Shown piece by piece: positions 11,797-23,847 of a DNA stretch of 64,000 nucleotides. The position numbers were made by a program, and so were the translations under genes. Within the stretch, counting starts at the first letter, position 1, and each line of letters starts with the position of its first letter. Source of the stretch: an uncultured delta proteobacterium. GTDB taxonomy: Bacteria; Desulfobacterota; Desulfuromonadia; Desulfuromonadales; JACZKF01. A model generated the notes under the pieces. It saw only the letters and a list, made by a program, of their open reading frames with translations, had not been told where the DNA came from and searched no databases. Location: positions 64,001 through 128,000 of the forward strand of contig CAWFKQ010000006.1 of assembly GCA_963816395.1 (NCBI GenBank), read 5' to 3'.

Positions 11797-11973
11797 ATGA
11801 TCCGATACAAAGCAGTGGAAACCAGCACGGTAACCGACGAAGCTCTGGAGGCCATCCTCAACGAATGGACGGCTCGGGGCTGGCGTCTCGAATGGATTCA
11901 ATTCGCCATGCGCGAGGCGAGCAAACGTCCGGCCATGGCCTTCGTCTTTTTTACCCGGGAGGAAACGGGCTGA
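11797..11973 (+). CDS. small DUF4177-like protein
   Basis: MIRYKAVETSTVTDEALEAILNEWTARGWRL; GGGGAG RBS. Confidence 0.7.
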   Translation: MIRYKAVETSTVTDEALEAILNEWTARGWRLEWIQFAMREASKRPAMAFVFFTREETG

Positions 11974-12010
11974 TTCCATGCCATCCAGCGGGGAAACCGC
12001 AGTCTGATCC

Positions 12011-12134
12011 ACGGCTGAGCAAAAATGTCCAGATGCAAGGCGCCAGAAATCCTGAGGAATAAGGCGTACCTGAAAGGTACGTCGTTGACGAAGGATGAGG
12101 GCAACGCCGCAGATGGGCGTTTTTCATCAGCCGT
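12011..12134. repeat. about 124-bp palindromic MITE-like element with terminal inverted repeats
   Basis: acggctgagcaaaaatgtccagatgc ... gcagatgggcgtttttcatcagccgt, with internal hairpin cgtacct-gaa-aggtacg. Resembles the multicopy intergenic elements of Geobacter-like genomes (from memory). Confidence 0.7.
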
Positions 12135-12137
12135 CTC

Positions 12138-12314
12138 TTAATCCTCCCAGTCGGGAATGTCCCTATACGTCACCGTCCGCCGGGGGTCGGAGGAAGGGCT
12201 GGCGCCGCAACGGGGGCAGACAGGTTCTGCGGGTTCCTCTTCCGGAGGTCCCTCAAAAGCGAGTTCGATCGGCTTGCCGGTGCAGGTGCAGTACCATTTT
12301 CGGAAAACGTCCAT
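12138..12314 (-). CDS. small Zn-ribbon-like protein (58 aa), not in the ORF track
   Basis: MDVFRKWYCTCTGKPIELAFEGPPEEEPAEPVCPRCGASPSSDPRRTVTYRDIPDWED*; GGGAGGGAG RBS. Confidence 0.7.
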   Translation of the reverse strand: MDVFRKWYCTCTGKPIELAFEGPPEEEPAEPVCPRCGASPSSDPRRTVTYRDIPDWED

Positions 12315-12421
12315 GCTCCCTCCCTACTGGCTCCAGCATCTCCCCTTCAGTATGACAAGGGATACGAATCAGGCAAGGGGTCCCTCTAGCCGCTTGCCTC
12401 TTGCCCCTCGTCCCTCGCCCC

Positions 12422-13396
12422 TTAATACGTCAATCCCGCCTTCTTGCGCACCTTGCGCATCGTCTTGACGGCAGTCTGCCGGGCTTTCTCGGCGCCGCGG
12501 GCGAGAACCGCGCGGATGGCGCCGGGATCGGCGAGCAGTTGCCGGCGATTTTCGGCGTAGGGGGCGAAGAAGTCCCGCACGGTTTCGAACAACTCCTGTT
12601 TCACTTCTCCGTAGGCCAGTCCCCCCGCGAGATAGCGCTGCCGCAGCGCCGCTTCCTGCTCCTTATCGAGAAACAGCCGATAGATCTGGAAGACATTGCA
12701 CTTGTCGGGATCCTTCGGTTCCTCGACCGGCGTCGGGTCGGTCACGATCCGCATCACCTGCTTGCGCAGGGCGTTTTCCTCGAGGAAAAGGTCGATGGTG
12801 TTGCCGTAGCTCTTGCTCATCTTCTGGCCGTCCAGGCCGGGAACCGTCGCCACCTCCTCGTCGATTTCCGCCTCGGGGACGATGAACAGGTCGCCAAAAT
12901 GGTTGTTGACCTTGATGGCGATATCGCGCGCCACTTCCAGGTGCTGCTTCTGGTCCTTGCCTACCGGTACCCGCTCACTCTGAAACAGCAGAATGTCGGC
13001 GGTCATCAGCACCGGATAGGCGAACAGCGCATGGTTGGCGGCAATCCCGCGTGAAACCTTATCCTTGTAGCTGTGGCAGCGCTCCAGCAGCCCCATCGGC
13101 GTGAAGGTGGAGAGAAACCAGGTCAGCTCCTGCACCTCCGGCAAGTCCGACTGCACCCAGAAGGTGCTCTTCTCCGGGTCCATTCCCAGGGCCAGGAAAT
13201 TCGCCGCCGCCTCAATCGTCCCCCTCGCCAGCGCCTTGCCATCGGCAACCGAAGTCATGGCGTGGTAATTGGCGATAAAGCAGAACAGGTCCTCCTGGTC
13301 CTGATAGCCGATCATCTTCTTCATCATGCCAAAATAGTTGCCCAGGTGGAGGGAGCCCGACGGCTGTATGCCGGAAAGAATGCGCATTTTCGTCAC
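12422..13396 (-). CDS. trpS: tryptophan--tRNA ligase
   Basis: ILSGIQPSGSLHLGNY (HIGH), VPVGKDQKQHLE, KMSKSYGN. Confidence 0.97.
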   Translation of the reverse strand: MTKMRILSGIQPSGSLHLGNYFGMMKKMIGYQDQEDLFCFIANYHAMTSVADGKALARGTIEAAANFLALGMDPEKSTFWVQSDLPEVQELTWFLSTFTPMGLLERCHSYKDKVSRGIAANHALFAYPVLMTADILLFQSERVPVGKDQKQHLEVARDIAIKVNNHFGDLFIVPEAEIDEEVATVPGLDGQKMSKSYGNTIDLFLEENALRKQVMRIVTDPTPVEEPKDPDKCNVFQIYRLFLDKEQEAALRQRYLAGGLAYGEVKQELFETVRDFFAPYAENRRQLLADPGAIRAVLARGAEKARQTAVKTMRKVRKKAGLTY

Positions 13397-13425
13397 CTTC
13401 TATGAAAGAATTGTCGGTTCAATGG

Positions 13426-13621
13426 AAAAGCCGCGGTACTTGGACCGCGGCTTTTTGATTGTCCTCCGGGCCGCGGAAATCGGCCGCGGCAGAAGTTCAA
13501 GATAGGGAAGGCGCGGACCGGACAGAAAGAGCCGGGCGCCACCAACCCTTTTCCCATATTGGAGTGCGGGATCTGTTGACTCATGGCCGGATAAGCTAGC
13601 AGTTCCAGGCTCTTTCGTCAA
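13426..13621 (-). promoter_or_regulatory. trpS leader: promoter, Trp-codon leader and terminator (putative attenuator)
   Basis: Minus strand TTGACG-17nt-TAGCTT (13621-13593); frame reading WEKGWWR (TGGTGG at 13544-13539); hairpin AAAAGCCGCGGT-ccaagt-ACCGCGGCTTTT (13455-13426). Confidence 0.7.
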
Positions 13622-13776
13622 GCAGGGAAAATGGTCCGGGAGTTGCGGAGAGGGGATTTTCGCGCTGACAGAAATTCAGAGTTGGAAAATGGGACGATTT
13701 GCCCCCTCCGGCTCGACCGCTGGCATGCACATTGCTCCTGCTGTTATTCGAACTATTTCCCGGTGCCGAGGGTGCC

Positions 13777-14997
13777 ATGCGCAAGATCTTTTTGTCTCTT
13801 CTCTTCCCCGGCGGCCTGATTGCCGGTCTGGCGGCGGCTCTTTTCTCCGCCGTCAACCTTCCTCCGGCCGCCCGCTCCTTTCTTCCCTTCTATCCGGTGG
13901 TGGTACTGGCCGCCGGCCTGTTGCTCGGCTGGCGTTTCAACCGCAGCCGGCTGATTTTTGCCCTCCTGCTGTTAGCTCTGGCCGATCGGGGCCTGGTCCA
14001 CTGGCCCACGGCGCCGGTGCTGACGCAGGCCCTGCAGGTGCTGCTGCCGTTGAACCTGGCGCTCATCGCCTCCTATGCCGAAAGGGGGCTGCTCACCTGG
14101 GTGGGATTGGTGCGGCTGGGATTGCTCGGCGGTCAAGCCGCGGTCATGGCCTTTTTTTGCGAATACCGGCCAGCCGAATCGCTGGCAGCCCTGGGTCATC
14201 CTCTGTTACCCTCGTTGCCGCCCTTCCTGCTGTCGGGTGTGGCCGTCCAATTTCTGGTTCTGGTATTTTTACTGGGGCGTTTTCTGCGACAGCCGACTCC
14301 CCTCGCCGGCGGGTTCGTCTGGGCTCTTTTCGCTGCCTGTCTGCCGCTGTTTCTCGGTTTGCAGGACTTTGGCCTGACCCTCGGTTTCGCCACCGCCGGT
14401 CTGATACTGCTGGCGGCGGTGATCGAGACCTCGCACGGCATGGCTTTCTGCGACGAACTGACCGGTCTGCCGGCGCGTCGGGCCTTGAACGAAAGCCTGC
14501 TCAAGGTCGGCAGGCGCTATACCGTGGCGATGGTCGACATCGATCACTTCAAGAAGGTCAACGACCGCTTCGGCCATGATACCGGCGACCAGGTGCTCAG
14601 GATGGTGGCCGCCAAGTTGGGCCGGGTGGGCGGCGGCGGCCGGCCGTTCCGTTACGGAGGAGAAGAATTCACCATTCTTTTCCCCGGCAAGGCCTTGGCC
14701 GAGGCGCTGCCCTACCTGGAAGCGGTGCGGGAGGCGGTGCAGGCGACAGGATTTACCGTCCGCCATCCCGCTCGCCCCAGGAAACCTCCGGAAAAGCTTC
14801 CGAAACGGGTCGGCACGCAGCGGCTTGGCGTCACCGTCAGCATCGGGGTCGCCGGCCGGCAGGAGGATGCGAATCGCCCGGCTCAAGTGATCAAGGCTGC
14901 CGACCAGGCCCTTTATCGCGCCAAGAAAACCGGGCGCAACCGGGTCTGCAGCGCCTCGGACGGGGAACCGGTGCGGCGCTCAAGCAGGGGAAACTGA
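13777..14997 (+). CDS. membrane-bound diguanylate cyclase (GGDEF)
   Basis: Multiple TM helices; DELTGL, DIDHFKKVNDRFGHDTGD, RYGGEEF, ADQALYRAK. Confidence 0.92.
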   Translation: MRKIFLSLLFPGGLIAGLAAALFSAVNLPPAARSFLPFYPVVVLAAGLLLGWRFNRSRLIFALLLLALADRGLVHWPTAPVLTQALQVLLPLNLALIASYAERGLLTWVGLVRLGLLGGQAAVMAFFCEYRPAESLAALGHPLLPSLPPFLLSGVAVQFLVLVFLLGRFLRQPTPLAGGFVWALFAACLPLFLGLQDFGLTLGFATAGLILLAAVIETSHGMAFCDELTGLPARRALNESLLKVGRRYTVAMVDIDHFKKVNDRFGHDTGDQVLRMVAAKLGRVGGGGRPFRYGGEEFTILFPGKALAEALPYLEAVREAVQATGFTVRHPARPRKPPEKLPKRVGTQRLGVTVSIGVAGRQEDANRPAQVIKAADQALYRAKKTGRNRVCSASDGEPVRRSSRGN

Positions 14998-15004
14998 AAA
15001 GCAG

Positions 15005-15036
15005 AACCGCCCGGCCTCGAGGGCGCCGGGCGGTTT
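15005..15036. terminator. hairpin terminator between convergent genes
   Basis: aaccgcccggc-ctcgagggc-gccgggcggtt. Confidence 0.6.
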
Positions 15037-15062
15037 GCCGGTGATTTTATTTTTCTGCAAGA

Positions 15063-15293
15063 TCAGTCGTTTGCAGCGGGGACTCCGCCGAACATGGCGG
15101 CAAGCTGTACGATCTGCTGCAGGTCCAGCCCGCTTTCCTTGACGATGCCGAGAAAAACCGGAAAGAGCTGCATCAGAAAGGTCGGGTCCTGCATGGCTTC
15201 TTTTGCCATCGGCGGCAGGGTTTCAAGAATGAAGGCCTTCTTCTCCTCGGGAGAGAGGGCGAGAACGGCGGATTTCAATGCGGCGACGGACAT
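15063..15293 (-). CDS. hypothetical protein
   Basis: MSVAALKSAVLALSPEEKKAFILETLP...; AGGAG RBS. Confidence 0.65.
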   Translation of the reverse strand: MSVAALKSAVLALSPEEKKAFILETLPPMAKEAMQDPTFLMQLFPVFLGIVKESGLDLQQIVQLAAMFGGVPAAND

Positions 15294-15363
15294 GGATACT
15301 CCTGGAAAAAAGCCACAGCCCGAGATCTGCGGCCGAGGTGATGGAAAGATCCGGCATTTCAGC

Positions 15364-17797
<2,434 letters not shown>

Positions 17798-17882
17798 GCA
17801 AATCTCCTCATCGGTTCCCGGGGTCATCAGGGAAAACTAAGCATCCGGCCGATGGATGTCAACTGTGAAACTCCCCCGAGGG

Positions 17883-18866
17883 TCAGAAAGTGCTGCGTAA
17901 AGCGAGGTGGAAAACAACATCCGGGGCGGTGTCGACGTCGATATCTTCGCTGACGCCGAGGTCGAGGGCGGTTTCGGCCCAGGACAGGGTGCCGCCGAGG
18001 GTGAGCTGCAGCGATTCCCCCAGCTGGGGGAGGTCGCTGTCGAAGAAGGGGGTATGGCCGTCGGCCTGCAGCTTGAAGGCAAGCCAGGCAAGGGGTTGCC
18101 AGCCGCCGCCCAGGGTGCCGAAGCCGACCACGTTCCGCTGCCGGTCGGGGAGAATATCGCCGTCGGTAAGCAGCATGGCGCCGCCGGCGCCGAACACGGC
18201 ATATTTCCCGCCGGCGGCGATGAAGCCATGATCGCCGGCCAGCCACAGCGCCAGGTCGGTGCTGCCGCTGCCGAGCAGGCGGTCGCTGTCGCCGGTCGGC
18301 AGCTTCAGGCTGGCGCGCAGGGCGAGCGCCGAGCGCTCCTGCCGCCAGATCTGCCAGCCGCCGGTCAGGCGGAGATCGCCGATCCCCTCAGCATTTCTCT
18401 GCAGGTGCAGGCGTTCTTTGCCGTCATCGGTATAGGAGAAGAGCAGGCGGTTATTGGGTGCCTGATCGCGGCCGTTCTGGGGGAACCCGAAGAAATCGTG
18501 CCAGTGGATGATGAAGCTGTCGAGAAAGCCGCCGCGATACATGAGGTAGGGGAGTTCCGCGCCGACCTCGAAACGCTCCCCCAGACCGTGGCGCAGCGCC
18601 AGGGTAAAACGATAGCTTTCCCCGTCGAAAAGGAGGCTTTCGTTCCCTGCGGCGCTGTGGGTGAAGTGGCTGGCCAGATCCGTGGCGAGCAGGCCGACGG
18701 TGCGCCCCGGCGCTGCCAGGCGCCCGCCGGTGGCCGGCGGCAAGCCGAAGATCTGCACCAGGGGGCTCTGATTGCGGACGTAGAAGGGAGCGAGTTCGAG
18801 AGCCCGGCCGGAAACGGGAAAAGCCAGGCACACCAGGAGGACGAGGAAAACAGCGGTTTTTTGCAT
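17883..18866 (-). CDS. DUF3187-like outer-membrane beta-barrel protein
   Basis: Signal peptide MQKTAVFLVLLV; RNQSPL, DGESYR, GGFLDSFI..WHDFFGFPQ, LKLPTG; terminal Phe. Confidence 0.7.
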   Translation of the reverse strand: MQKTAVFLVLLVCLAFPVSGRALELAPFYVRNQSPLVQIFGLPPATGGRLAAPGRTVGLLATDLASHFTHSAAGNESLLFDGESYRFTLALRHGLGERFEVGAELPYLMYRGGFLDSFIIHWHDFFGFPQNGRDQAPNNRLLFSYTDDGKERLHLQRNAEGIGDLRLTGGWQIWRQERSALALRASLKLPTGDSDRLLGSGSTDLALWLAGDHGFIAAGGKYAVFGAGGAMLLTDGDILPDRQRNVVGFGTLGGGWQPLAWLAFKLQADGHTPFFDSDLPQLGESLQLTLGGTLSWAETALDLGVSEDIDVDTAPDVVFHLALRSTF

Positions 18867-18910
18867 GCGTCGATCCTCCTTGGAGCAGCCCTGGGGCGGA
18901 ATGGTTACTG

Positions 18911-19813
18911 TTACTTGGCCAGAATCGGCTGGGACAGGGTGCCGGTGAGCCGCAGGTGGTAGGCGCCGTCGCTGCCGGCTTTGGCGAACAGGTCGAGGAG
19001 ATCCCGCAGGTTGCGGTCGAAATTCGCTCCCGGCCGCAGCACCAGATTGAGATTGAGCCGGCTGCGCTGCAGCGGCTGGTTGAGCAGCACGGAGCCGCTG
19101 CCGGAGGCCTGCATTTCGCCGCCGGTCGCCTCCAGTTGCTCGATGCGGAAGGTGTTCCCCCGTCCCGACCCTTTGAGGGAAATTCGTCCCAGGTTCAGAT
19201 TGCCGTCGGCGACCCCGAGAGAATCCAGCCCCTTGAGCTGCAGGCTGTCGAAAGTGAGCGCGAATTGGCTTTCGCTGCCGGCCGGCGGAGGAATGATGCC
19301 GGTAAAGGTGCCCTCGCCGAGAGTGCCGGCCAGTTCCATGTCGGAGCCGGCGGTAAGATGCTCGGCAAATGCGAGCTGCCGCACCTGTGCCTCCAGGGCA
19401 CCGTTCCGGCGCGCCCGGCCGGAGATATTCCCGCCCAGCAGGCTGGCCTGGAAAGCGACTCCGGGGTTGCTGCCGAGGAGGGAGAGCCAAAGCGGCTGCA
19501 GGGTGGCGGCGGCGATATCGACCGTCGGCCGCTCGGGCAGCCCGGTATTTACTCTCACCTGCTGCGCCCGCAGCCCCGGCGGAAAGAGGAGGGAAAGCTG
19601 GCCGATATTCAGGCTGCCGGTGGTTCTCTGGGAAAAGTCCTGCTCGATTCGTTCCTTCAGTGCCGAGGCAGGGAAGAACAGGTAGAGGCTGACCAGAAAG
19701 GAGAGGAGCATCAGCCCCAGGCCGAGCAGGTAGAATTTGAGCCGAGCCCGGGTGAACAGGCGGGGGGCGCCCGGCGAGCGGGCCGGCAGGCGGGGGAGGC
19801 GGAACGATTTCAT
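18911..19813 (-). CDS. gspN: type II secretion protein N
   Basis: N-terminal TM followed by FFPA; beta-rich body ending LRLTGTLSQP; last gene of the gsp operon. Confidence 0.8.
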   Translation of the reverse strand: MKSFRLPRLPARSPGAPRLFTRARLKFYLLGLGLMLLSFLVSLYLFFPASALKERIEQDFSQRTTGSLNIGQLSLLFPPGLRAQQVRVNTGLPERPTVDIAAATLQPLWLSLLGSNPGVAFQASLLGGNISGRARRNGALEAQVRQLAFAEHLTAGSDMELAGTLGEGTFTGIIPPPAGSESQFALTFDSLQLKGLDSLGVADGNLNLGRISLKGSGRGNTFRIEQLEATGGEMQASGSGSVLLNQPLQRSRLNLNLVLRPGANFDRNLRDLLDLFAKAGSDGAYHLRLTGTLSQPILAK

Positions 19814-20340
19814 GCGCTCCTCCCGAACATGGAGACGGTCATCACCGCATCGAGCTGGGAATGGTCGTCAAAACGGGTGCGGATGCGCAGGCTCTTCACC
19901 TGCAGGGCGGCATCGGCGGACTCAAAGGAATAGAGAAAGCGCACCAGTTGGTCGAGGTGGAGTTTCTCCAGCTTGATTTCCACTGATTCCTCGCGGAAGC
20001 CTTCCTGCGCGGAGCCGGTCTGCGGGCGCATGTAGACCAGGTTTTCCTTGCTGGCCACGCGCGCGGCGGTCGCCTCGACAAAGGAAAAAAGGGAAAAATT
20101 GCGTGCCTTGTCCAGGCGGCCCTCCGCCTTCGAGAGCTGCTGCTGCAGCAGCAGATACTCCTGGCGCAGCTCCTGAATCTGCTGCACCTGCTTCTGGCGG
20201 GAAGCGATCTTGCCGTCGAGACGGGTCATCGCGTTCCGGTAGGGGAGGACGACGCCGAGGAAGATTACCGTGGCCAGGACGACCAGGCCGCAGACGATCA
20301 AGGCCAGGCGTTCGCGCGGGGATATTTGCGGCAGTGTCAT
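19810..20340 (-). CDS. gspM: type II secretion protein M
   Basis: SPRER plus TM, coiled coil and ferredoxin-like C-terminus; operon position. Confidence 0.8.
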   Translation of the reverse strand: MTLPQISPRERLALIVCGLVVLATVIFLGVVLPYRNAMTRLDGKIASRQKQVQQIQELRQEYLLLQQQLSKAEGRLDKARNFSLFSFVEATAARVASKENLVYMRPQTGSAQEGFREESVEIKLEKLHLDQLVRFLYSFESADAALQVKSLRIRTRFDDHSQLDAVMTVSMFGRSA

Positions 20341-21734
20341 GGTTTTTCCTTTGCTCCGCCGTAGGTGAGGTTCAGGCGGAAATCGACCCGGCTGTTATCA
20401 ATGCTCATTTTAGCGTCGGCGATCTGCGCCTCGGCAAACAGGGGGGACTGCTCCAGGCTGCGGGCGATCTGGTTGATGGCATCGAAAGAGGTGGTCACCC
20501 CCTCCAGCCGCACCGATTCCGGGGAAAAGCTGAAATCGCGGATATCGAGGGAAACCGAGGCCGGAATATTGCTGGAGATCTCCCGCAGAATGGCGAGGGG
20601 CGTGCTGCGCTGGCCGGCGCCGATCAGTTTTCCTCGCTGGTGCAGCTCCTTGATCTTGCTCTGCATCTGCTGGGTGGGGTTGATCAGCCGCTGCGAACCG
20701 GGCAAGGTCTGGTGGAAGACCCGGGTAATCTCCTGGTTCAGCGCCTCGGCCCGGCTCGCCTGGTGGGCGTAGTTGAGGTAGCTGGAGCCGACGACCGCCA
20801 GCACGGCAAGGAGCAGCAGAACGCCGCCGGCGATCAACTCCCGCTTCAGGGCGGTCCACTCGTTTTTCAGGGCGAAGCGGCCGCGGCGGAAATTGAATTC
20901 CCGCTCCCTGGCAGACGTCCCGGCCCGCAGGGCGAGGGCGACCGCCGGCAGGAATTCCGGCTCGATATCCCGCCCGTCGACGAAACAGCTCGGGATCTGG
21001 GCCGGGCGACCCGCCTGCTGCAGCGCCTGCAGCAGTTCCGGGGTGGCGCCGGCGCCGATCAGGTACAGCGGCAGATCGCGCCGCCCTGCTTCCCGCTGCA
21101 GGGTGGCGCTCTCCCGCAGGAGCAGGCGGGCGAGATCCGCCGGTTCGGTGCCGCTGGCGGCCGGCAGGAGACGATAGTCGACCACCCGTCCATCGGCCAT
21201 CAGGGAGAGGGTGATCTCCTGCTCGGCCAGATGCGCCAGCAGGCCCTCGTGGCAGTGTTCGCGCAGGCCGCGCACCAGGGCGAAGGGGGCCAGGTCGAGG
21301 ATGTGCAGGGGGATGCCGGTGGCATCGAAGGTCTGCAGGAAGGAGTCCAGATAAGCGGTGCGCACGGCCGCCGCGCTGACCCGGTGCTGCCCCTCGGCAT
21401 CGGCGGTGGGGGCCTGGAAATCGGTGGTGAATTCCTCGATCGTCACTGGCAGCTGGGCGGCCAGTTCGAAGCGCAGGGCCGGCTCGATCTTGCGCGGATC
21501 GTCAAAGGGGAAGGTCAGACGACGGACGAAGCTCTCCAGCGCCGGCACCGCCGCCGCCACCCGGTCGCTGAAGATCCGGGTCTCGCCGATCAGCTCCTGC
21601 AGGGCGGCGCCGAGTTCCTCCGGGCCGGCGTAGGCCCGTTTGCCGACGGCGATCAGCGCCTGCCGGGTCTGGGAAATGATCGCCACCCGGATGTGGCTGC
21701 CGTCGATGTCGATCCCGATCTGTCGTTTTTCCAT
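20337..21734 (-). CDS. gspL: type II secretion protein L
   Basis: IGIDIDG actin-like start, RRLTFPF, FNFRRGRFA, TM, PilN-like C-terminus. Confidence 0.85.
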   Translation of the reverse strand: MEKRQIGIDIDGSHIRVAIISQTRQALIAVGKRAYAGPEELGAALQELIGETRIFSDRVAAAVPALESFVRRLTFPFDDPRKIEPALRFELAAQLPVTIEEFTTDFQAPTADAEGQHRVSAAAVRTAYLDSFLQTFDATGIPLHILDLAPFALVRGLREHCHEGLLAHLAEQEITLSLMADGRVVDYRLLPAASGTEPADLARLLLRESATLQREAGRRDLPLYLIGAGATPELLQALQQAGRPAQIPSCFVDGRDIEPEFLPAVALALRAGTSAREREFNFRRGRFALKNEWTALKRELIAGGVLLLLAVLAVVGSSYLNYAHQASRAEALNQEITRVFHQTLPGSQRLINPTQQMQSKIKELHQRGKLIGAGQRSTPLAILREISSNIPASVSLDIRDFSFSPESVRLEGVTTSFDAINQIARSLEQSPLFAEAQIADAKMSIDNSRVDFRLNLTYGGAKEKP

Positions 21735-21738
21735 ATGG

Positions 21739-22735
21739 CTAGTCAACTTTCATCGAATAGATTCTGCTGCCGGAGTGGTCCACGAAGGCCGTGACCGTCC
21801 GTTTGCCGCCGCCGGCGCCTTCCTTGGTTCCGCTGTCGCCGACCTGACCGGTGGCGATGATCAGGAAGGTGGAGCTTTTCACCGTCACATGCACCAGCTG
21901 CATGGCTTTCAGGGCCATGTAGGTGGGGTTCTGCACCCCGAGCAGCTGCCCGAGATCGTTGATGCTCTCGAACGGCTGATCCTGGCGGTAGTTTACCAGC
22001 TTCTCCACATCGGTCGGATCCACCTGCGGATCGAGGGACTTCAGCACCTCGGGAGAGGCGGTGTTGATGTTGACGCTGGCGTCGCCGTGCACGGTCAGGT
22101 ATCTGGCCACCTTGCTGTAGATCTCGGGGGTGAAGCCGCGGATCATGAGCAGCTCGTCCAGGCTGTCCAGGGGACCGTTCTTGACCGGATAGGGATGATC
22201 CAGCCGCTCGTAGTATTCGCTCTCGGCGCCGCTGCCGTTGAAGGTGCCGCTGCCGGCGCCGGGCCTGGTGATGGTGTCGTCGGTGTCGATCCAGTCGATC
22301 AGGGCGGCCACCAGGTCATCCGGGGAGGTGTTGAGATCCAGGCTGTTGAACAGCCGGACCAGCGCGTCGCGCATGACCGGATTGACGTTCACTCCCTGGG
22401 TGACCAGGCTGTTGACGTCCAGGCGGCTCTGCATGTCCTCGATGCGGATCGAAACCGTCCCGTCTTCCCCCACCGGAAAGGCCGGAACGCCCTGCCCCCA
22501 CAGCTCGCTCGGATGATCGTAGCCCGGATGCTGGTCCATCTTCAGGATCATCCGCCCCGCGTCGATCCCCCCCTTTGGCCAGGTACCAGGCCTGGGTGCT
22601 GTCGCGGAAGGTCTCGGTGAGCCGCAGGTCGACCAGGGTGGAAAAGGCGAATTCGGTCAGCAGGGAGGCGAGCAGGGCGACGATGACCAGCACCAGCAGC
22701 AGCACCATCCCTTTTTCATTCCGAGCCGGGCTCAT
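21739..22735 (-). CDS. gspK: type II secretion minor pseudopilin K, frameshifted near 22565
   Basis: NEKGMVLLLVLVIVALL, LIDWID, LDELLMIRGF, NINTASPEVL. Confidence 0.88.
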
Positions 22736-23379
22736 GAGCCGCCCGGGATGGTGAGGGTCGGCAGCTGGCCGCCGCCGGGGATGTCGTAGGCGGTGCGGAA
22801 CACCACCTGCTTTCCTTCCACCGGCAGGGAAAGGGTCACCTCCACCAGCTCGGGCAGGCCGCCGTCGGTGCGGGCGTTCCATTCCTCCACCCATTGGCCT
22901 TTGCGGTAAAAACGCACCTTCATTTCGCCGATCCCGTCGGCCAGCCGGTACCCCTCGCGCTTTTCCCCTTCCGGGTCGAAGTAGGAATACTCGTTGCGCA
23001 TCAGCACCCGGGTGTCTGCCCCCTTGTCGGCCTCCGGGTCGCGGCGCAGCTCGTAGCGGATTCTCGAAATCCCCCCTTGCCGGCCGCCGTAAGGGGTGCC
23101 GGCGGTGGTGGTCAGCTCCAGGTACGGATCCTTGTCGAGGGTGGTCGCCCCGCCGAGGAAAAGGGTGTCCTTTTTCGCCTGGTCGAAATAGGTCCCCCGC
23201 AGCTCCCGGCCGATGCGGTCGAAGAGGACCCGGGCCTGGTGATATCCCTCGCTTTCGGCTTCCAGCCGCTCCTTGGCGGCGCTGACCGAATTGAAGACCC
23301 CGTAGACGGTGGTGAGCAGGAGGGCGACCAGGGCCACCGCCACCAGGATCTCCACCAGAGTGAAACCTTTTTCGCGCAT
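22732..23379 (-). CDS. gspJ: type II secretion minor pseudopilin J
   Basis: MREKGFTLVEILVA prepilin motif; GLPELVEVTL. Confidence 0.85.
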   Translation of the reverse strand: MREKGFTLVEILVAVALVALLLTTVYGVFNSVSAAKERLEAESEGYHQARVLFDRIGRELRGTYFDQAKKDTLFLGGATTLDKDPYLELTTTAGTPYGGRQGGISRIRYELRRDPEADKGADTRVLMRNEYSYFDPEGEKREGYRLADGIGEMKVRFYRKGQWVEEWNARTDGGLPELVEVTLSLPVEGKQVVFRTAYDIPGGGQLPTLTIPGGS

Positions 23380-23381
23380 GG

Positions 23382-23847
23382 TCAGTGGAATACGAAAGAG
23401 TTGAGTTCGACCATCTCGTTTTTCTTCTCGTCCCCCCAGGCGACGGTGACCGTCACGATTTTCAGCTGCGGCAACGGGCTGTCCTCGAAACGCACCCGCC
23501 AGCGATACTCTTCGAAAGGTTCCTCGAAAGGCTTTTCCTCCGCCGCGCTGAAAGCGAAGCCGGGCTGAGACGCCTCGCTCTCGATCTCGCTCAGCCGCTG
23601 CTGCGCCAGCAGGGTGGCCTGGGTGATCTTCTGCAGCCGCTGGTTGATCGCGATGCTGCGGTTGCTCAGGCCGAGCAGGACGACCAGGGCGATGGCGACG
23701 ATCGCCAGGGCGATCATGACTTCCAGCAGGGTGAAGCCCTGCTGGCGGGACGCGGAGCGCGGATTGCGGAACGCGGAAAAGGGCTTGGAAACGCTTTTCC
23801 CGCGTCCCGCGTCCCTCGTCCCTCGTCCCTTTGCCAGTCTGTTTCAT
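23382..23847 (-). CDS. gspI: type II secretion minor pseudopilin I with repeat-derived N-terminal leader, frameshifted near 23745
   Basis: GFTLLEVMIALAIVAIAL prepilin motif; YRWRV; VTVTVAW. Confidence 0.8.

Noticed and set aside
13393..13621. 63-aa and 73-aa ORFs, or a T-box riboswitch, upstream of trpS
   Set aside because: The ORFs run through the terminator and lack motifs, and no T-box consensus was seen; the Trp-codon leader explains the region better.
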